A stretch of 60,019 bases of DNA, counting the filler, from Theionarchaea archaeon (GTDB lineage: Archaea > Methanobacteriota_B > Thermococci > Methanofastidiosales > SZ-28-30): assembly GCA_018992565.1 (NCBI GenBank). It is 4 parts of 4 records of this genome, joined end to end, with 100 filler letters (N's around TTAATTAATTAA, not from the genome) between each part and the next. Parts side by side here need not be neighbours in the genome. Positions count along the whole stretch, not along the records: positions 1 to 25,006 come from JACVGW010000035.1; 3 more parts are not named here. One strand, 5' to 3'. Below the pieces are notes generated by a model. It saw nothing but the letters and a program-made list of their open reading frames with translations. It had not been told where the DNA came from and did not search any database. This document shows positions 1-9,979 of the stretch, piece by piece (the first letter of the stretch is position 1; each line of letters starts with the position of its first letter). The translations under genes were made by a program, and so were the position numbers.

Positions 1-171
1 CTGTTCGTGATTCCAGGGAAAATAGAGTTCTGAGAACTCCGCAAGATACAGGTCAGCTTCTGCACCTTTCCTGATACGTATCATACAATCACTTCACAAC
101 CAGGTCATGTTCATCCACACTGGTTGACTCCTTCCTTTTTCTGATTACCTGCCCAGCACTTATATACTCGT

Positions 172-1281
172 ATGTTTATTAAGAGTAATCTGCAGAATGA
201 GGATGTTGAAATGGAAATGAACACAAGCCGTCCCTTGAAAACCCAGGTTATGGCTGTAGACAGAGAGAACCCAGACCTCAACAAGATCAGGATTGCAGCA
301 AGAGTGATAAGAGAGGGTGGGCTGGTGGCATTCCCCACAGAAACTGTCTATGGATTGGGCGCCAATACGTTTGATGTGGAAGCTGTCTTGAGGATTTTCC
401 GGGCTAAGAACAGGCCATATGACAACCCGCTCATTGTCCACGTGTCTGAGAAAGATGCTGTGTACGACCTCGCGAGGGAAATCCCAGATACAGTAGAGGT
501 TCTCACAAGAAGGTTCTGGCCCGGTCCGCTCACTCTGTTGTTGAAGAGGGCTCCCCATGTGCCGAGACCAGAAAATATAGACGAGATAACAGTGAGGATG
601 CCCGACCATAAGGTAGCTCTGGCACTCATTGCAGAATCTGAGGTTCCTATATCTGCTCCCAGCGCAAATATCTCAGGAGGTGTCAGCCCCACCACAGCTC
701 AGCATGTATATCAGGACCTGGCAGGGAAAATAGAGGTTATCCTGGATGGGGGGCGCTGTGATGTGGGTGTTGAGTCTACGGTTCTGGATTTGACAGGAGA
801 GGTGCCTACTATACTGAGACCTGGTGGCATCACGCTGGAAGATCTCAAGGCAGTCCTGGGCAACGTGGAAGTTCACCCTGTGGCTGCTGCAGAAGGAAAA
901 ACGGAAGCTGAAGCACGTGCACCCGGTATGAAATACAAACACTATTCACCTCATGCTGACGTGATTGTGGTGGAAGGAGAGGTGCAGCGCATGGTGAACA
1001 AGATTAACCAACTCGTAGACCAGAACATACGCCAGGGATTGAAAGTGGGTGTCATGGCCACAGGAGAGACAGTTCAGTCCTACAGTCACGGGCTGATCAA
1101 AGTAGTAGGCTCTCGCCAGAATCTGGAGACTGTAGCCAGGAATTTGTTTGATGTGCTTCGCGCCTTCGATGAACAGGGAGTGGACGTTGTCATAGCAGAA
1201 GGGGTTGTCACCACCGAGATTGGACTGGCAATCATGAACAGATTGAGAAAGTCAGCTGGATTCAACATCATACGGGTCTAG
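172..1281 (+). CDS. sua5: L-threonylcarbamoyladenylate synthase (YrdC + SUA5 domains)
   Basis: VAFPTETVYGLGA, KNRPYDNPLIVHV, APSANISG and PGMKYKHYSP motifs; true start may be a downstream ATG (211 or 217). Confidence 0.95.
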   Translation: MFIKSNLQNEDVEMEMNTSRPLKTQVMAVDRENPDLNKIRIAARVIREGGLVAFPTETVYGLGANTFDVEAVLRIFRAKNRPYDNPLIVHVSEKDAVYDLAREIPDTVEVLTRRFWPGPLTLLLKRAPHVPRPENIDEITVRMPDHKVALALIAESEVPISAPSANISGGVSPTTAQHVYQDLAGKIEVILDGGRCDVGVESTVLDLTGEVPTILRPGGITLEDLKAVLGNVEVHPVAAAEGKTEAEARAPGMKYKHYSPHADVIVVEGEVQRMVNKINQLVDQNIRQGLKVGVMATGETVQSYSHGLIKVVGSRQNLETVARNLFDVLRAFDEQGVDVVIAEGVVTTEIGLAIMNRLRKSAGFNIIRV

Positions 1282-1302
1282 TATCTTCATAATATATGCG
1301 GG

Positions 1303-2277
1303 CTACATCTGGCGCCAGATGACGTCGACTTCATCAGTCCGCCACTTCTGAATGACTACTGTGTCTTCGAGGTTCATTCTTCTCCCATGGCAATATTCCA
1401 GCAGCCCCTGGTAAGCGATCATAGCGCCATTATCCCTGCACAGGCTTTGAAGGGGTACAAAAAAAGAAGCTCCTCTCTCCTGGCACATGGTATCACACAT
1501 CTCCTGCAATCGAGGAGAAGCGGCAACTCCTCCAGTCAACAACAATTCTGTTTTCTCAGTATGGGCCATGGCTCTTTCAGTCGCCTCCACCACCATAGCA
1601 TATGCATGTTCCATGAGTGATTTGGTAGCATCTCTCAGGTTATATTCCCGGACCATTTTCAAGGCCTGTGTCAACAATCCGGAGAATGAGAAGTCATTTC
1701 CTTTCACAGTGTAGGGAAGCCCAGGGATATACACACCTGTCCTGACCATTTCATCCACTTCTCTGTAACATGGGAAGGACAGGCCTGCTTCCCTCCCAAA
1801 CATGTCCTGCATGTTACCGATCCCGACATCCAGGGTCTCTCCAAATACCCTGTATCTCCCCCCTGCATAGGCGATGATCTGCGTATTTCCTCCAGAGACA
1901 TATAATGTGACAGGATCAAGAGCTCCCGTGGTCCATCTCCCTACCTCTACATGCGCAATGCAGTGGTTCACTCCCACAATGGGAATACTCAATCGCAATG
2001 AGATGGTACGAGCACATGTAGCTGCAATTCTCAAACAAGGACCAAGTCCAGGCCCTTTTGAAAAAGAAACTACATTAACGTCAGCAATTTCAATATCTGC
2101 CTTTTTCAAAGCCTTTCTCAGAACACATCCAACCGATTCAGCGTGATGGTCTGCAGCTTCCCGGGGATGGATACCTTCTCCTGAATAGCTGTCACTCTCG
2201 TTTGCCAGAACTTCATTCTCTGTGACAATCCCCACGCCAAACGTGTGAGCCGTACTCTCGATACCCAGGCAGATCAT
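1303..2277 (-). CDS. kae1: tRNA N6-adenosine threonylcarbamoyltransferase Kae1/TsaD (standalone, not fused to Bud32)
   Basis: LGIESTAHT, GPGLGPCL, VNHCIAH, YVSGGNTQ and DNGAMIA motifs. Confidence 0.95.
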   Translation of the reverse strand: MICLGIESTAHTFGVGIVTENEVLANESDSYSGEGIHPREAADHHAESVGCVLRKALKKADIEIADVNVVSFSKGPGLGPCLRIAATCARTISLRLSIPIVGVNHCIAHVEVGRWTTGALDPVTLYVSGGNTQIIAYAGGRYRVFGETLDVGIGNMQDMFGREAGLSFPCYREVDEMVRTGVYIPGLPYTVKGNDFSFSGLLTQALKMVREYNLRDATKSLMEHAYAMVVEATERAMAHTEKTELLLTGGVAASPRLQEMCDTMCQERGASFFVPLQSLCRDNGAMIAYQGLLEYCHGRRMNLEDTVVIQKWRTDEVDVIWRQM

Positions 2278-2427
2278 ATCTCAGGAAAGGTCTCAGAGTA
2301 TAAGATACTTTTGTCAATGCTCAGAAGAACCTTCTCATCTTCTTCTCAATGCAACCCTCTTTTGCCTACAGAAAAAGCTTCGATCGAGGTGATTTGACAG
2401 AAGCCCTGAAAATGGGCCAAATCAGGC

Positions 2428-2580
2428 TCAGCTACCTTTCCATTTGGTGTATCCACATCTTCCACAGGTATAACGATCCCCATGATCCGCCATAAATGTC
2501 CCCTGACCGCAGCGGGGGCACAGAGGATTCTTTCTGGACAATTTGCCATCCTTCAGCTCATATAGTTCACTTGGCTTCAT
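2428..2580 (-). CDS. rps27ae: 30S ribosomal protein S27ae (50 aa)
   Basis: [23 protein letters not shown] zinc ribbon; start reset to ATG at 2580, overlapping the rps24e end. Confidence 0.95.
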   Translation of the reverse strand: MKPSELYELKDGKLSRKNPLCPRCGQGTFMADHGDRYTCGRCGYTKWKGS

Positions 2581-2866
2581 CAGATCCCTCCACGAGTCCA
2601 TTCTTCTTAATGACATGATTTGCTTCCACAGTCTGCAATCTGTCCTTGGACTTATAAACCTTGAGCAGGCAGCGCGATTCATTCATCCCATACTCTGCCT
2701 TCATATTTTGGATCACAAATAAAGACTCATCCAGTGAGAGTTGAGCAGCAATTTTCCTTCTTACATCAGCTATCTTGGGGCTTCCAGCATCCTGAATTAT
2801 TCTCAGTTGAATTTCCCTGCGTTCCAGTAATGGATTGTTCTTTTCTTCAAGAATCTGAATTTCCAT
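2567..2866 (-). CDS. rps24e: 30S ribosomal protein S24e
   Basis: [20 protein letters not shown]-terminus; conserved rps24e-rps27ae-kae1 gene order. Confidence 0.93.
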   Translation of the reverse strand: MEIQILEEKNNPLLERREIQLRIIQDAGSPKIADVRRKIAAQLSLDESLFVIQNMKAEYGMNESRCLLKVYKSKDRLQTVEANHVIKKNGLVEGSDEAK

Positions 2867-3014
2867 GTGAGTAGTCTGTGATTCTGTTTTAAAAAGGTTT
2901 CTGTCACCCCGGAAATCCTGCAGGTTACGGACGATCCAGCCTCTAACAGGCTAACTGATGCAGGCAGCCATTCGAGCTGGGGACTCAACAAAAAAGGAGA
3001 AGATATATGAGGTT

Positions 3015-3510
3015 TCATCTTTCTCGAGGGGGTATGAGGTCTTCAAGCTCCCTCAGAATTTCCGTTTCCACATCAATAAGTATGTTCTCCTTGACTCTTC
3101 CCACAACTGATGCTGGTGCCTGCAGGACATCCTCTTTAAACACTGTCTTTCTACCAGATTCACTGGATCTCCTAACAGCCTCTGTAGCAATCCGGTGAGC
3201 AAAATTCTCTACGATATCTCTCANNNNNNNNNNNNNNNNNNNNNNNNNNNNNNNNNNNNNNNNNNNNNNNNNNNNNNNNNNNNNNNNNNNNNNNNNNNNN
3301 NNNNNNNNNNNNNNNNNNNNNNNGGACATCCTCTTTAAACACTGTCTTTCTACCAGATTCACTGGATCTCCTAACAGCCTCTGTAGCAATCCGGTGAGCA
3401 AAATTCTCTACGATATCTCTCAATTCAAGAGCGGCATCTTTTGACACTCTCTCAGCACCCGCTTTTCGCAAGATTCTATCCACTGGTGCAAGGGCAATTG
3501 GCATATTCAT
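3015..3510 (-). CDS. Archaeal histone with a C-terminal extension, interrupted by a scaffold gap
   Basis: IALAPVDRILRKAGAERVSKDA and GRKTVFKEDV histone-fold motifs; merging the 99-bp duplicate flanking the gap gives one ORF of about 98 aa. Confidence 0.85.
3224..3323. other. 100-N scaffold gap flanked by an identical 99-bp sequence (3125-3223 = 3324-3422)
   Basis: Direct comparison of the two flanks. Confidence 0.95.
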
Positions 3511-3638
3511 CACCTCTTATCTGTAACATTAACATATATTACTAATCGATACAATATAAATGTTTTGGTAACCAGCAGTCAAATCCTAACACGGAACGAA
3601 GGTAGATCCTCGGTGAGAAAAAGAGGAACCTTTGAAAA

Positions 3639-4853
3639 TCAGGTTCCTACCACTTCATCTTCATCCAGGATGAGTCTCATGGTATCAGGGTCAGGAGGCA
3701 TCTTCTCCAGGAAGTCCCTGGATGCCTGGTAGGGATCATATGATCGGATGATGTACCTGCCCACCACAATGATGTCAGCACCTTTGGTCAGTGCTTCTCC
3801 GCAGGTCTGAGGAGTGATCCCACCGGCCACAGAGACCAATTTCACAAGCTTCTTAATGGGTGTAATGTTTCCCCATTTGGTTTCTGGCTCCTCCCCTCGC
3901 TCTCTGGCCGCAGTTTCCACATCCACATTTCGATGAATGAGGGCAATATCAGGCTTATATTTCAGAGATTTAAGCTTTTCTTCAATATCTGGAACATTCA
4001 TGAAGTCTACAATGGAATAGATACCCTGTCGGTATGCTTCTTGAATAGACTTCTCTATGGAAGCATTTGGGCCGAGTCCAGATATACACACTGCATCTGC
4101 CGTGGCATCTGCTGCCATCTTCACCTCCAGTCTTCCAACATCCAGCGTCTTCAAATCCGCAATGATGAAGGATTCCTGCCGCATCGCCCTGATCTTCTCC
4201 ACGATCTCAATGCCACAATTCTTTATGAGAGGGGTACCCGCCTCCAGCAGTAGGCGCTCTCTGAGAGGTAGCTTCTCGATAATCTTTCTCACCTGTTCTT
4301 CACTGGTCAGATCCAGGGCTACCTGCAGATACGGTGGGTTCCACAGTCGATACACTCTGAATCCCATGATGGGGTGAGTTGCTCTGTCCTTCTCCTTCAT
4401 GACCTTGTCAACAGAGGGATAGTTGTCCATAGCCCTCTTTATGGCCAGCTTTGTTGCTCCATAATTGTACTGATAGATTTTCCTGTAATCAGAAGCATCT
4501 TTGTGAACAAACACAGAGACAATGACAACCCAATCCTCGCAATGTTCTCGCGGAATGAGCCCTTCCTCCACTGCATCTGCCACTGCCTTGGCAACTCCTG
4601 CCTGGGCAGGACCGAACATCTTGCCTGCATCCTTGAATCCTCTTATGGTGACTTTGGGCACAATAAGGGTGGAGGGTTTGGGAGGTAGGTTTGGACGAAT
4701 GACGCCCAGCATAGGGGTGTGACCATGAGAAGGCTGAGCAAGACTGCTTACAAAAGCCTGTCCTACTGCGCTGTCCTTTTCTCCAATAATCAGATCAATA
4801 TGAGCGACTTCCAGTCCATCCCCTACTAAGGCTTCTCCAATTTTCATAATCAT
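3639..4853 (-). CDS. fae-hps: Bifunctional formaldehyde-activating enzyme / 3-hexulose-6-phosphate synthase
   Basis: N-terminal [16 protein letters not shown] and [14 protein letters not shown] (Fae); C-terminal [14 protein letters not shown] and ADLKTLDVG (Hps). Confidence 0.93.
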   Translation of the reverse strand: MIMKIGEALVGDGLEVAHIDLIIGEKDSAVGQAFVSSLAQPSHGHTPMLGVIRPNLPPKPSTLIVPKVTIRGFKDAGKMFGPAQAGVAKAVADAVEEGLIPREHCEDWVVIVSVFVHKDASDYRKIYQYNYGATKLAIKRAMDNYPSVDKVMKEKDRATHPIMGFRVYRLWNPPYLQVALDLTSEEQVRKIIEKLPLRERLLLEAGTPLIKNCGIEIVEKIRAMRQESFIIADLKTLDVGRLEVKMAADATADAVCISGLGPNASIEKSIQEAYRQGIYSIVDFMNVPDIEEKLKSLKYKPDIALIHRNVDVETAARERGEEPETKWGNITPIKKLVKLVSVAGGITPQTCGEALTKGADIIVVGRYIIRSYDPYQASRDFLEKMPPDPDTMRLILDEDEVVGT

Positions 4854-5249
4854 TATTATTCATATTCCTATATAAGGTTATGGCTCCTCATGTAAAGGGA
4901 TTCCTCAGTCCCTTTCTAGGAGCAACCATTCGAAACTCGGTGGATAATTGCACAAACGCCTATTGACGGTGCTACGGGGAAGGTGATTCCAGAGTCCACT
5001 CCATGGGTTGAGAATTCTCGCAGTTACTATTCCATATGTTTATTATGATGCATGGGCTGAAGACTCGTGGAGCAGCCTTTTTGCAACACAAGAGATACCT
5101 CACAATCATGGGGCTCACGTTTCTTTCTGGTTCCCTAGTACCCTTTGGACTATCCATGGTTCAGTGATTCAACATACAAGATGTACCTTTCCTATTCAGT
5201 GAAAGAAAAGTCTATATGTTCTGCTTCCAAAAGACAATATGGTGTTCCC

Positions 5250-5705
5250 ATGAAGAAAGTGATTGGAGTTGTAGTGCTGATCCTCCTTACAACATCAGTT
5301 GTACATGCAGGAACGGTTCCGCGGGTTGTTATTCAGCGTCCGCCGCAGGCAAAGGTGTTCATCTATCCCCCAATTTGTGAAAGCAGAGAACTTCCTTCTA
5401 TTCCCAATGATGGGGTTATCTACCTCCAGGTGTACACCTGTGGAGCACATGAGCTGTACATTGAGTTCAATGGTCAGCCCATCAGGGACGAAGCTGGAAC
5501 CATTATCTACTATCCAAAAACCGGTCCGGTAACTCTGGAGATCATTCCTGTTATCATTGAAGAACAGCACCAGCACAAGCCCTGCTATATCATGGCCAGA
5601 GCAGTAAACCAATACGGGCCAAACACCGTCTATTCAGCATTTATACCCATTCCTACCGGAAAAGGTGAACTGACTGCTGCTTACGGTTGTACCACCATGT
5701 ATTGA
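5250..5705 (+). CDS. Secreted hypothetical protein, paralog 1
   Basis: Signal-peptide-like MKKVIGVVVLILLTTSVVHA; strong similarity to the next ORF; start reset to ATG 5250. Confidence 0.75.
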   Translation: MKKVIGVVVLILLTTSVVHAGTVPRVVIQRPPQAKVFIYPPICESRELPSIPNDGVIYLQVYTCGAHELYIEFNGQPIRDEAGTIIYYPKTGPVTLEIIPVIIEEQHQHKPCYIMARAVNQYGPNTVYSAFIPIPTGKGELTAAYGCTTMY

Positions 5706-5876
5706 CTGGCTGCCTCCTTATCCTGCCTTTTCCTTTTTCCAATTTCATCCTTCTTATCTTCCATGCTGCACTCTGAGAACGATGTCCCCACTAATTTCAG
5801 GTAACGCGATTCTTTAAAGAAAACGAAAGGTATATAAAGGACCAAATTAAATATAGAGTAAGAATGAGGTGTAAAT

Positions 5877-6320
5877 ATGAAAAAAGGAATATTTGCAGCC
5901 TTTGTTGCTTTGGCGATCTTTACATCATTTGTAGGCGCCGGTGAAGTCCCACGGGTAGCCATCATCCATCCCAAGCAAGTCACAATATTCGTTCATCCTG
6001 AACAGTGCAAAGAGGTGGAGCTGCCGTCTATTCCTAATGGAGGCGTAATTTACCTTCAGGTGTATACATCAATTAACGCTAATGAATTATACATCGAATT
6101 TAATGGTATCCCTGTCCCCGGATATGGTCCGAAGTATGGACCTGATCGATTCGAGAGAATCCCTCTGTCAATCAGTGATGATGAACAGGGGGAGGTCGCC
6201 TACATTGGTGTCTCTGCAAGCAACGAATTTGGGACCAATACAGTGTATGCTGCCTTCATTCCAGTGCCCTATAATCCTGGAAGCCTGGGACCGGCAGTTG
6301 GATGCTCAACAATGCACTGA
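5877..6320 (+). CDS. Secreted hypothetical protein, paralog 2
   Basis: MKKGIFAAFVALAIFTSFVGA signal peptide, GAGGTG RBS, shared ELPSIPNxGVIYLQVYT and ELYIEFNG blocks, poly-T after the stop. Confidence 0.8.
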   Translation: MKKGIFAAFVALAIFTSFVGAGEVPRVAIIHPKQVTIFVHPEQCKEVELPSIPNGGVIYLQVYTSINANELYIEFNGIPVPGYGPKYGPDRFERIPLSISDDEQGEVAYIGVSASNEFGTNTVYAAFIPVPYNPGSLGPAVGCSTMH

Positions 6321-6365
6321 GCTCCCTTTTTTTCTTTTGCCCTTAATTTTCTGTCTCTCAGGCAG

Positions 6366-7070
6366 TTATTCCAGCAGGGATTCAGAAGGATAGACCTCGA
6401 TGCCCCTCTTTGTTATCTTCATGGGGCGAGCTTCTTCGTCAAATCCAGTCCCTCTCATTTTCTCTACCAGGATGGAGCGCTTCCTCTTCCCATTAAGGAA
6501 AATCGTCTGCAGTCTGACAGTCCCCCTTGCCAGGAAGCTTTCCACTTCCACAGCATCGCCCAGGGACTCGCTGATCAAAAGCGATGTGCATCTGTTCTCG
6601 GAAAGATAGTTCATGAGAGACAATAGATCCACTCGTATGTCCCTCTCTCTTTCACAGAGCTCCTTCAGGGCAGTAATGGAGTCAATAACGATATTCCCTA
6701 CCTTATGCACTGTCAATTCAGTGGTTATCAAGTTATTGAGGTTGGCCACATTGAACCGAACACTCTCCAGTAATCCATCTGTGGGAAGCACCCACACACC
6801 TGTCCCTCCTTCAGGAGACACATCCAGGATCCTGATTCGAGAAATGTCCCATCCAAAAGCACTCATATTGTCTCTTATTTCTGCTGCTGGCTCAGATAAT
6901 GAAATATACAGCCCCTTCACACCATCCTCAATTCCCTGAAGCAGGAAATGCATGCCTAAGATAGTCTTCCCTGAACCAGGGGGACCAACCAAGACATATG
7001 GTCTCCCCGCTATCAGTCCTCCGTGGAGCATCTTGTCCAACCCAGGTACGCCCGTCTTCACTCTTCTCAT
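6366..7070 (-). CDS. KaiC-like / RecA-superfamily single-domain ATPase
   Basis: TGVPGLDKMLHGG, Walker A GPPGSGKT, Walker B IVIDS, VEKMRGT. Confidence 0.9.
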   Translation of the reverse strand: MRRVKTGVPGLDKMLHGGLIAGRPYVLVGPPGSGKTILGMHFLLQGIEDGVKGLYISLSEPAAEIRDNMSAFGWDISRIRILDVSPEGGTGVWVLPTDGLLESVRFNVANLNNLITTELTVHKVGNIVIDSITALKELCERERDIRVDLLSLMNYLSENRCTSLLISESLGDAVEVESFLARGTVRLQTIFLNGKRKRSILVEKMRGTGFDEEARPMKITKRGIEVYPSESLLE

Positions 7071-7805
7071 TTAACCACCTTGAATTCTGTACACAACATC
7101 CGCTACTTTGTCTCTAAAGCTGTTTGCCAGGCTCTCGTCAATGAACAGCGTGACAATACGCTGCACTTCAGAACATGCATCTATCAAATCCTCTTTGCTG
7201 GTGAAATTTTTCTGCAGGCGCTTCTTCACCATGATGTAGTCATCTCCCAGCAACTTCCTGGCAAACCCTTCAATTTGAGCTGCAGCTTCAGCCGGGCTGA
7301 GCGAAGATTGTCCTTCAGCACTCTCTTTCTGTTTCTCAAAAGTAATGGTGATTTTGGGAACTAATCCCCTGTTCCTGGCCAGCTTCATCAAGGTAAGCCT
7401 GGCAATCAACTCCACCTGCTTGGTGGCCTTGGACCAGTCTTCTGCTGACATGAATATGGAAGTGGTTCCTTTCCATCCATATCCTTTTTCCCGCATATCG
7501 CACTGAATACTCTGGACAACAAATGTACCCAGGTTCTGGGCTTCTTTCTGCAGCACTTCACTAATGACTCTTTCAGTTCCGGAAAGACCAGTGGGAGAAG
7601 CTGCCAGATCAGCCAAAATACTATCAATGTTCTTGTTAATCCTTTCAATTTCTCCAGGAGAAAAGGATTCCTGCACATCTTTTCTGATCAAATATCCAAT
7701 GCCTTCCCGTTCAAGGAGTTCCTCAAATTCCTCGTCTTTCGGTAGGGAGATCCCCAGTTTTTCAAGTAGTTCCTGGCGTTCTTCCTTCTGCAGCTCCTCA
7801 CTCAT
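7071..7805 (-). CDS. Hypothetical protein co-transcribed with the KaiC-like ATPase
   Basis: 244-aa ORF with GAGGAG RBS and an upstream TTTATA; its stop abuts the ATPase start. Confidence 0.75.
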   Translation of the reverse strand: MSEELQKEERQELLEKLGISLPKDEEFEELLEREGIGYLIRKDVQESFSPGEIERINKNIDSILADLAASPTGLSGTERVISEVLQKEAQNLGTFVVQSIQCDMREKGYGWKGTTSIFMSAEDWSKATKQVELIARLTLMKLARNRGLVPKITITFEKQKESAEGQSSLSPAEAAAQIEGFARKLLGDDYIMVKKRLQKNFTSKEDLIDACSEVQRIVTLFIDESLANSFRDKVADVVYRIQGG

Positions 7806-7993
7806 AGTCTCCTCTTAGAGCTGTCAAATATAAAGGTTTGTTGTACTGCAGAATTCCCAACGCCCATGTAGGTTCCTCTTTTTTGACTGAGCCTCCATGA
7901 AGAAAGAAAAGGCTCTCAGTTAAAAGAAAAGTTGTGCAAAGGTGTTGCATAAATAATCGAAACCTTTATAACTCTCCTGCAGGCATTGCTCCC

Positions 7994-8377
7994 ATGGATG
8001 AACGTCAACGTATTCGTCAAGAAAAACTGGAAAAGCTTCAGAATGAGGCGAGTATGCCTCGAACCCCCATCAAGGTTACAGATAGCGACTTTGAGGACAC
8101 TCTCCGGAAGTATGATGTTGTGGTGGTGGACCTGTGGGCAAGCTGGTGCATGCCCTGCAAGATGATCGAGCCTTCTGTGGAAGCGCTGGCTGAGAAAATG
8201 GCGGGAAAAGTGGTATTCGGGAAGTTGAACGTGGACGAGAACCCAAGGACTGCTGCTCGCTACCAGGTCATGAGTATCCCCACACTGCTGGTGTTCAAGA
8301 ACGGTTCACCGGTGAAGCGTATTGTGGGAGCTGTTCCACAGCAGCATCTGGAGCAGCAGATTGCGGAGGCACTGTAA
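7994..8377 (+). CDS. trxA: Thioredoxin
   Basis: WASWCMPC active site and MSIPTLLVFKNG; start reset to ATG 7994, downstream of TTTATAA. Confidence 0.93.
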   Translation: MDERQRIRQEKLEKLQNEASMPRTPIKVTDSDFEDTLRKYDVVVVDLWASWCMPCKMIEPSVEALAEKMAGKVVFGKLNVDENPRTAARYQVMSIPTLLVFKNGSPVKRIVGAVPQQHLEQQIAEAL

Positions 8378-8736
8378 TGCGGTTTCTCATGAACGAGAAC
8401 CTGTGCAGTAAGCTGCAGATTGACAAGATGGACGAAGACCGGCTATTATCCTGTCTTCTTTCACTGAATGATCTGGAGAGCACGGTCCTCTTCTACCTTT
8501 TTTCACATCCCGGGGTCACTGCAAGAGACATTGCCCAGGCAGTGGAGAGACATCGGAGTACGGTCCAGAAAGCACTGGACCAGTTGATGAGCCAGGGACT
8601 GGCCGTAAGGCGAGCTGATAGTCTAAAGAGAGGATATATTTACAGATATTCTGCCATATCAAGAAAGAAGTTGAAAGAGGCCATAATAGAAGAAGCGAAA
8701 GAGTGGTGCAAGATGATTGAAGAAAAGCTGGCCTGA
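8377..8736 (+). CDS. HTH transcriptional regulator (TrmB-like winged helix)
   Basis: TARDIAQAVERHRSTVQKALDQLMSQGL helix-turn-helix and RGYIYRY wing; TAATG overlap with the thioredoxin stop. Confidence 0.8.
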   Translation: MRFLMNENLCSKLQIDKMDEDRLLSCLLSLNDLESTVLFYLFSHPGVTARDIAQAVERHRSTVQKALDQLMSQGLAVRRADSLKRGYIYRYSAISRKKLKEAIIEEAKEWCKMIEEKLA

Positions 8737-8801
8737 ATGTTGTGGCTGCAAATTGACCGGGAGTCAGGCTAGGTTTATAACTTTGTAATCGAATATGGAC
8801 T

Positions 8802-9917
8802 ATGCGCACCATGACCAGACGTCAATTCTTCCAGGAAAGTGCTGGACTACTTCTCAGTGCATCATTACTCAGGAGAATTGGAGGATATACGCCGGCATTG
8901 AACACCTCTTCTGGACCACAACTGGTGATTGCGCGGAATGGAGTCCCAGGAGAACTCCTGAATGCTGCGCTTGAAGAGGCTGGAGGTATCGGAAGTGTGG
9001 TCAAAAAGGGACAGAAAGTCGTGATCAAGGTTAATATGTCATTTAACCAGCCACCAGTGCGGGCAGCCACCACCAACCCAGAATTGGTGGAAAGGCTCGT
9101 AGAAATGTGCAGGGAGGCGGGGGCCTCAGAAGTTGTGGTGATTGATCACACCCTGGACAATGGTCAGATGTGCATGGATACGTCAGAGATAGAGAATGCT
9201 GTAACCCGGGCTGGAGGGGATATCAAAGTCATAAATTCCCACGGAGACTACAAGACAGTGGATATTCCCAGGGGGAAGAACTTGGAAAGAACGGAGTTGT
9301 CAAGAGAGGTTCTGGATGCAGATGTCTTCATCAATGTTCCCATAGCGAAGGTGCACGGTTCTGCTGTTATATCGGTGTCCATGAAGAATTTGATGGGTAT
9401 TGTATGGAATAGGGGGGAATTTCACAGCAAGGGGTTGAACCAGTGCATAGCTGATTTGAGCAGTCTGGTGAAGCCCGATTTGATTATACTGGATGCGTAC
9501 CGAATCTTGATGAGTAATGGGCCTCGAGGCCCCGGAAAGGTGAAAGAGGCAGGAGAGGTTATAGTAGGAGTGGATCCTGTGGCCATTGATGCATATGCCT
9601 GTCAGCTTCTGGAGCAGAATATTGAAGATGTACGATATATTCGGGCAGGATATGATTTGGGACTGGGAGAAATGGATCTGGATAAGGTTCAGATGGTATA
9701 TGTGGATGTCCAGAAAACGCAGGAAGGAAGCCAGGTTGAACCAGATGAAGGTGCGCCTTCAGATTTTGAACCTGTGTCTTCTCCGGAAGAACCTCTCTTC
9801 CATGAAGAAGAAGCTGACGAAGAGAATGAAGTGGGAATTCCTGCCATCCTGCTGGTACCGGCCATTGTCGTGTCTATCCTCATTGGGCTGAGAATGCGCA
9901 GGCATAGTAAGGAGTAA
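8802..9917 (+). CDS. DUF362-domain protein with Tat signal and C-terminal membrane anchor
   Basis: TRRQFF twin-arginine motif; VVIKVN, TTNPELV, INVPIAKVH, SMKNLMG and DPVAID motifs; acidic linker, TM helix and basic tail. Confidence 0.8.
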   Translation: MRTMTRRQFFQESAGLLLSASLLRRIGGYTPALNTSSGPQLVIARNGVPGELLNAALEEAGGIGSVVKKGQKVVIKVNMSFNQPPVRAATTNPELVERLVEMCREAGASEVVVIDHTLDNGQMCMDTSEIENAVTRAGGDIKVINSHGDYKTVDIPRGKNLERTELSREVLDADVFINVPIAKVHGSAVISVSMKNLMGIVWNRGEFHSKGLNQCIADLSSLVKPDLIILDAYRILMSNGPRGPGKVKEAGEVIVGVDPVAIDAYACQLLEQNIEDVRYIRAGYDLGLGEMDLDKVQMVYVDVQKTQEGSQVEPDEGAPSDFEPVSSPEEPLFHEEEADEENEVGIPAILLVPAIVVSILIGLRMRRHSKE

Positions 9918-9979
9918 CCTGGTGCTTGGATATGGACTATGAACCCAGTACTGCAACCTGTGGCTGTAATACGAATCTC

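Noticed and set aside
3125..3422. 99-bp direct repeat in the histone gene read as a true duplication
   Set aside because: The copies are identical and abut a 100-N gap, so assembler overlap is the simplest explanation. It is kept only as a caveat.
5008..5202. 64-aa ORF and the upstream extension of 5145-5705
   Set aside because: TTG starts with no RBS or recognisable family; the signal peptide and paralog alignment place the real start at 5250.
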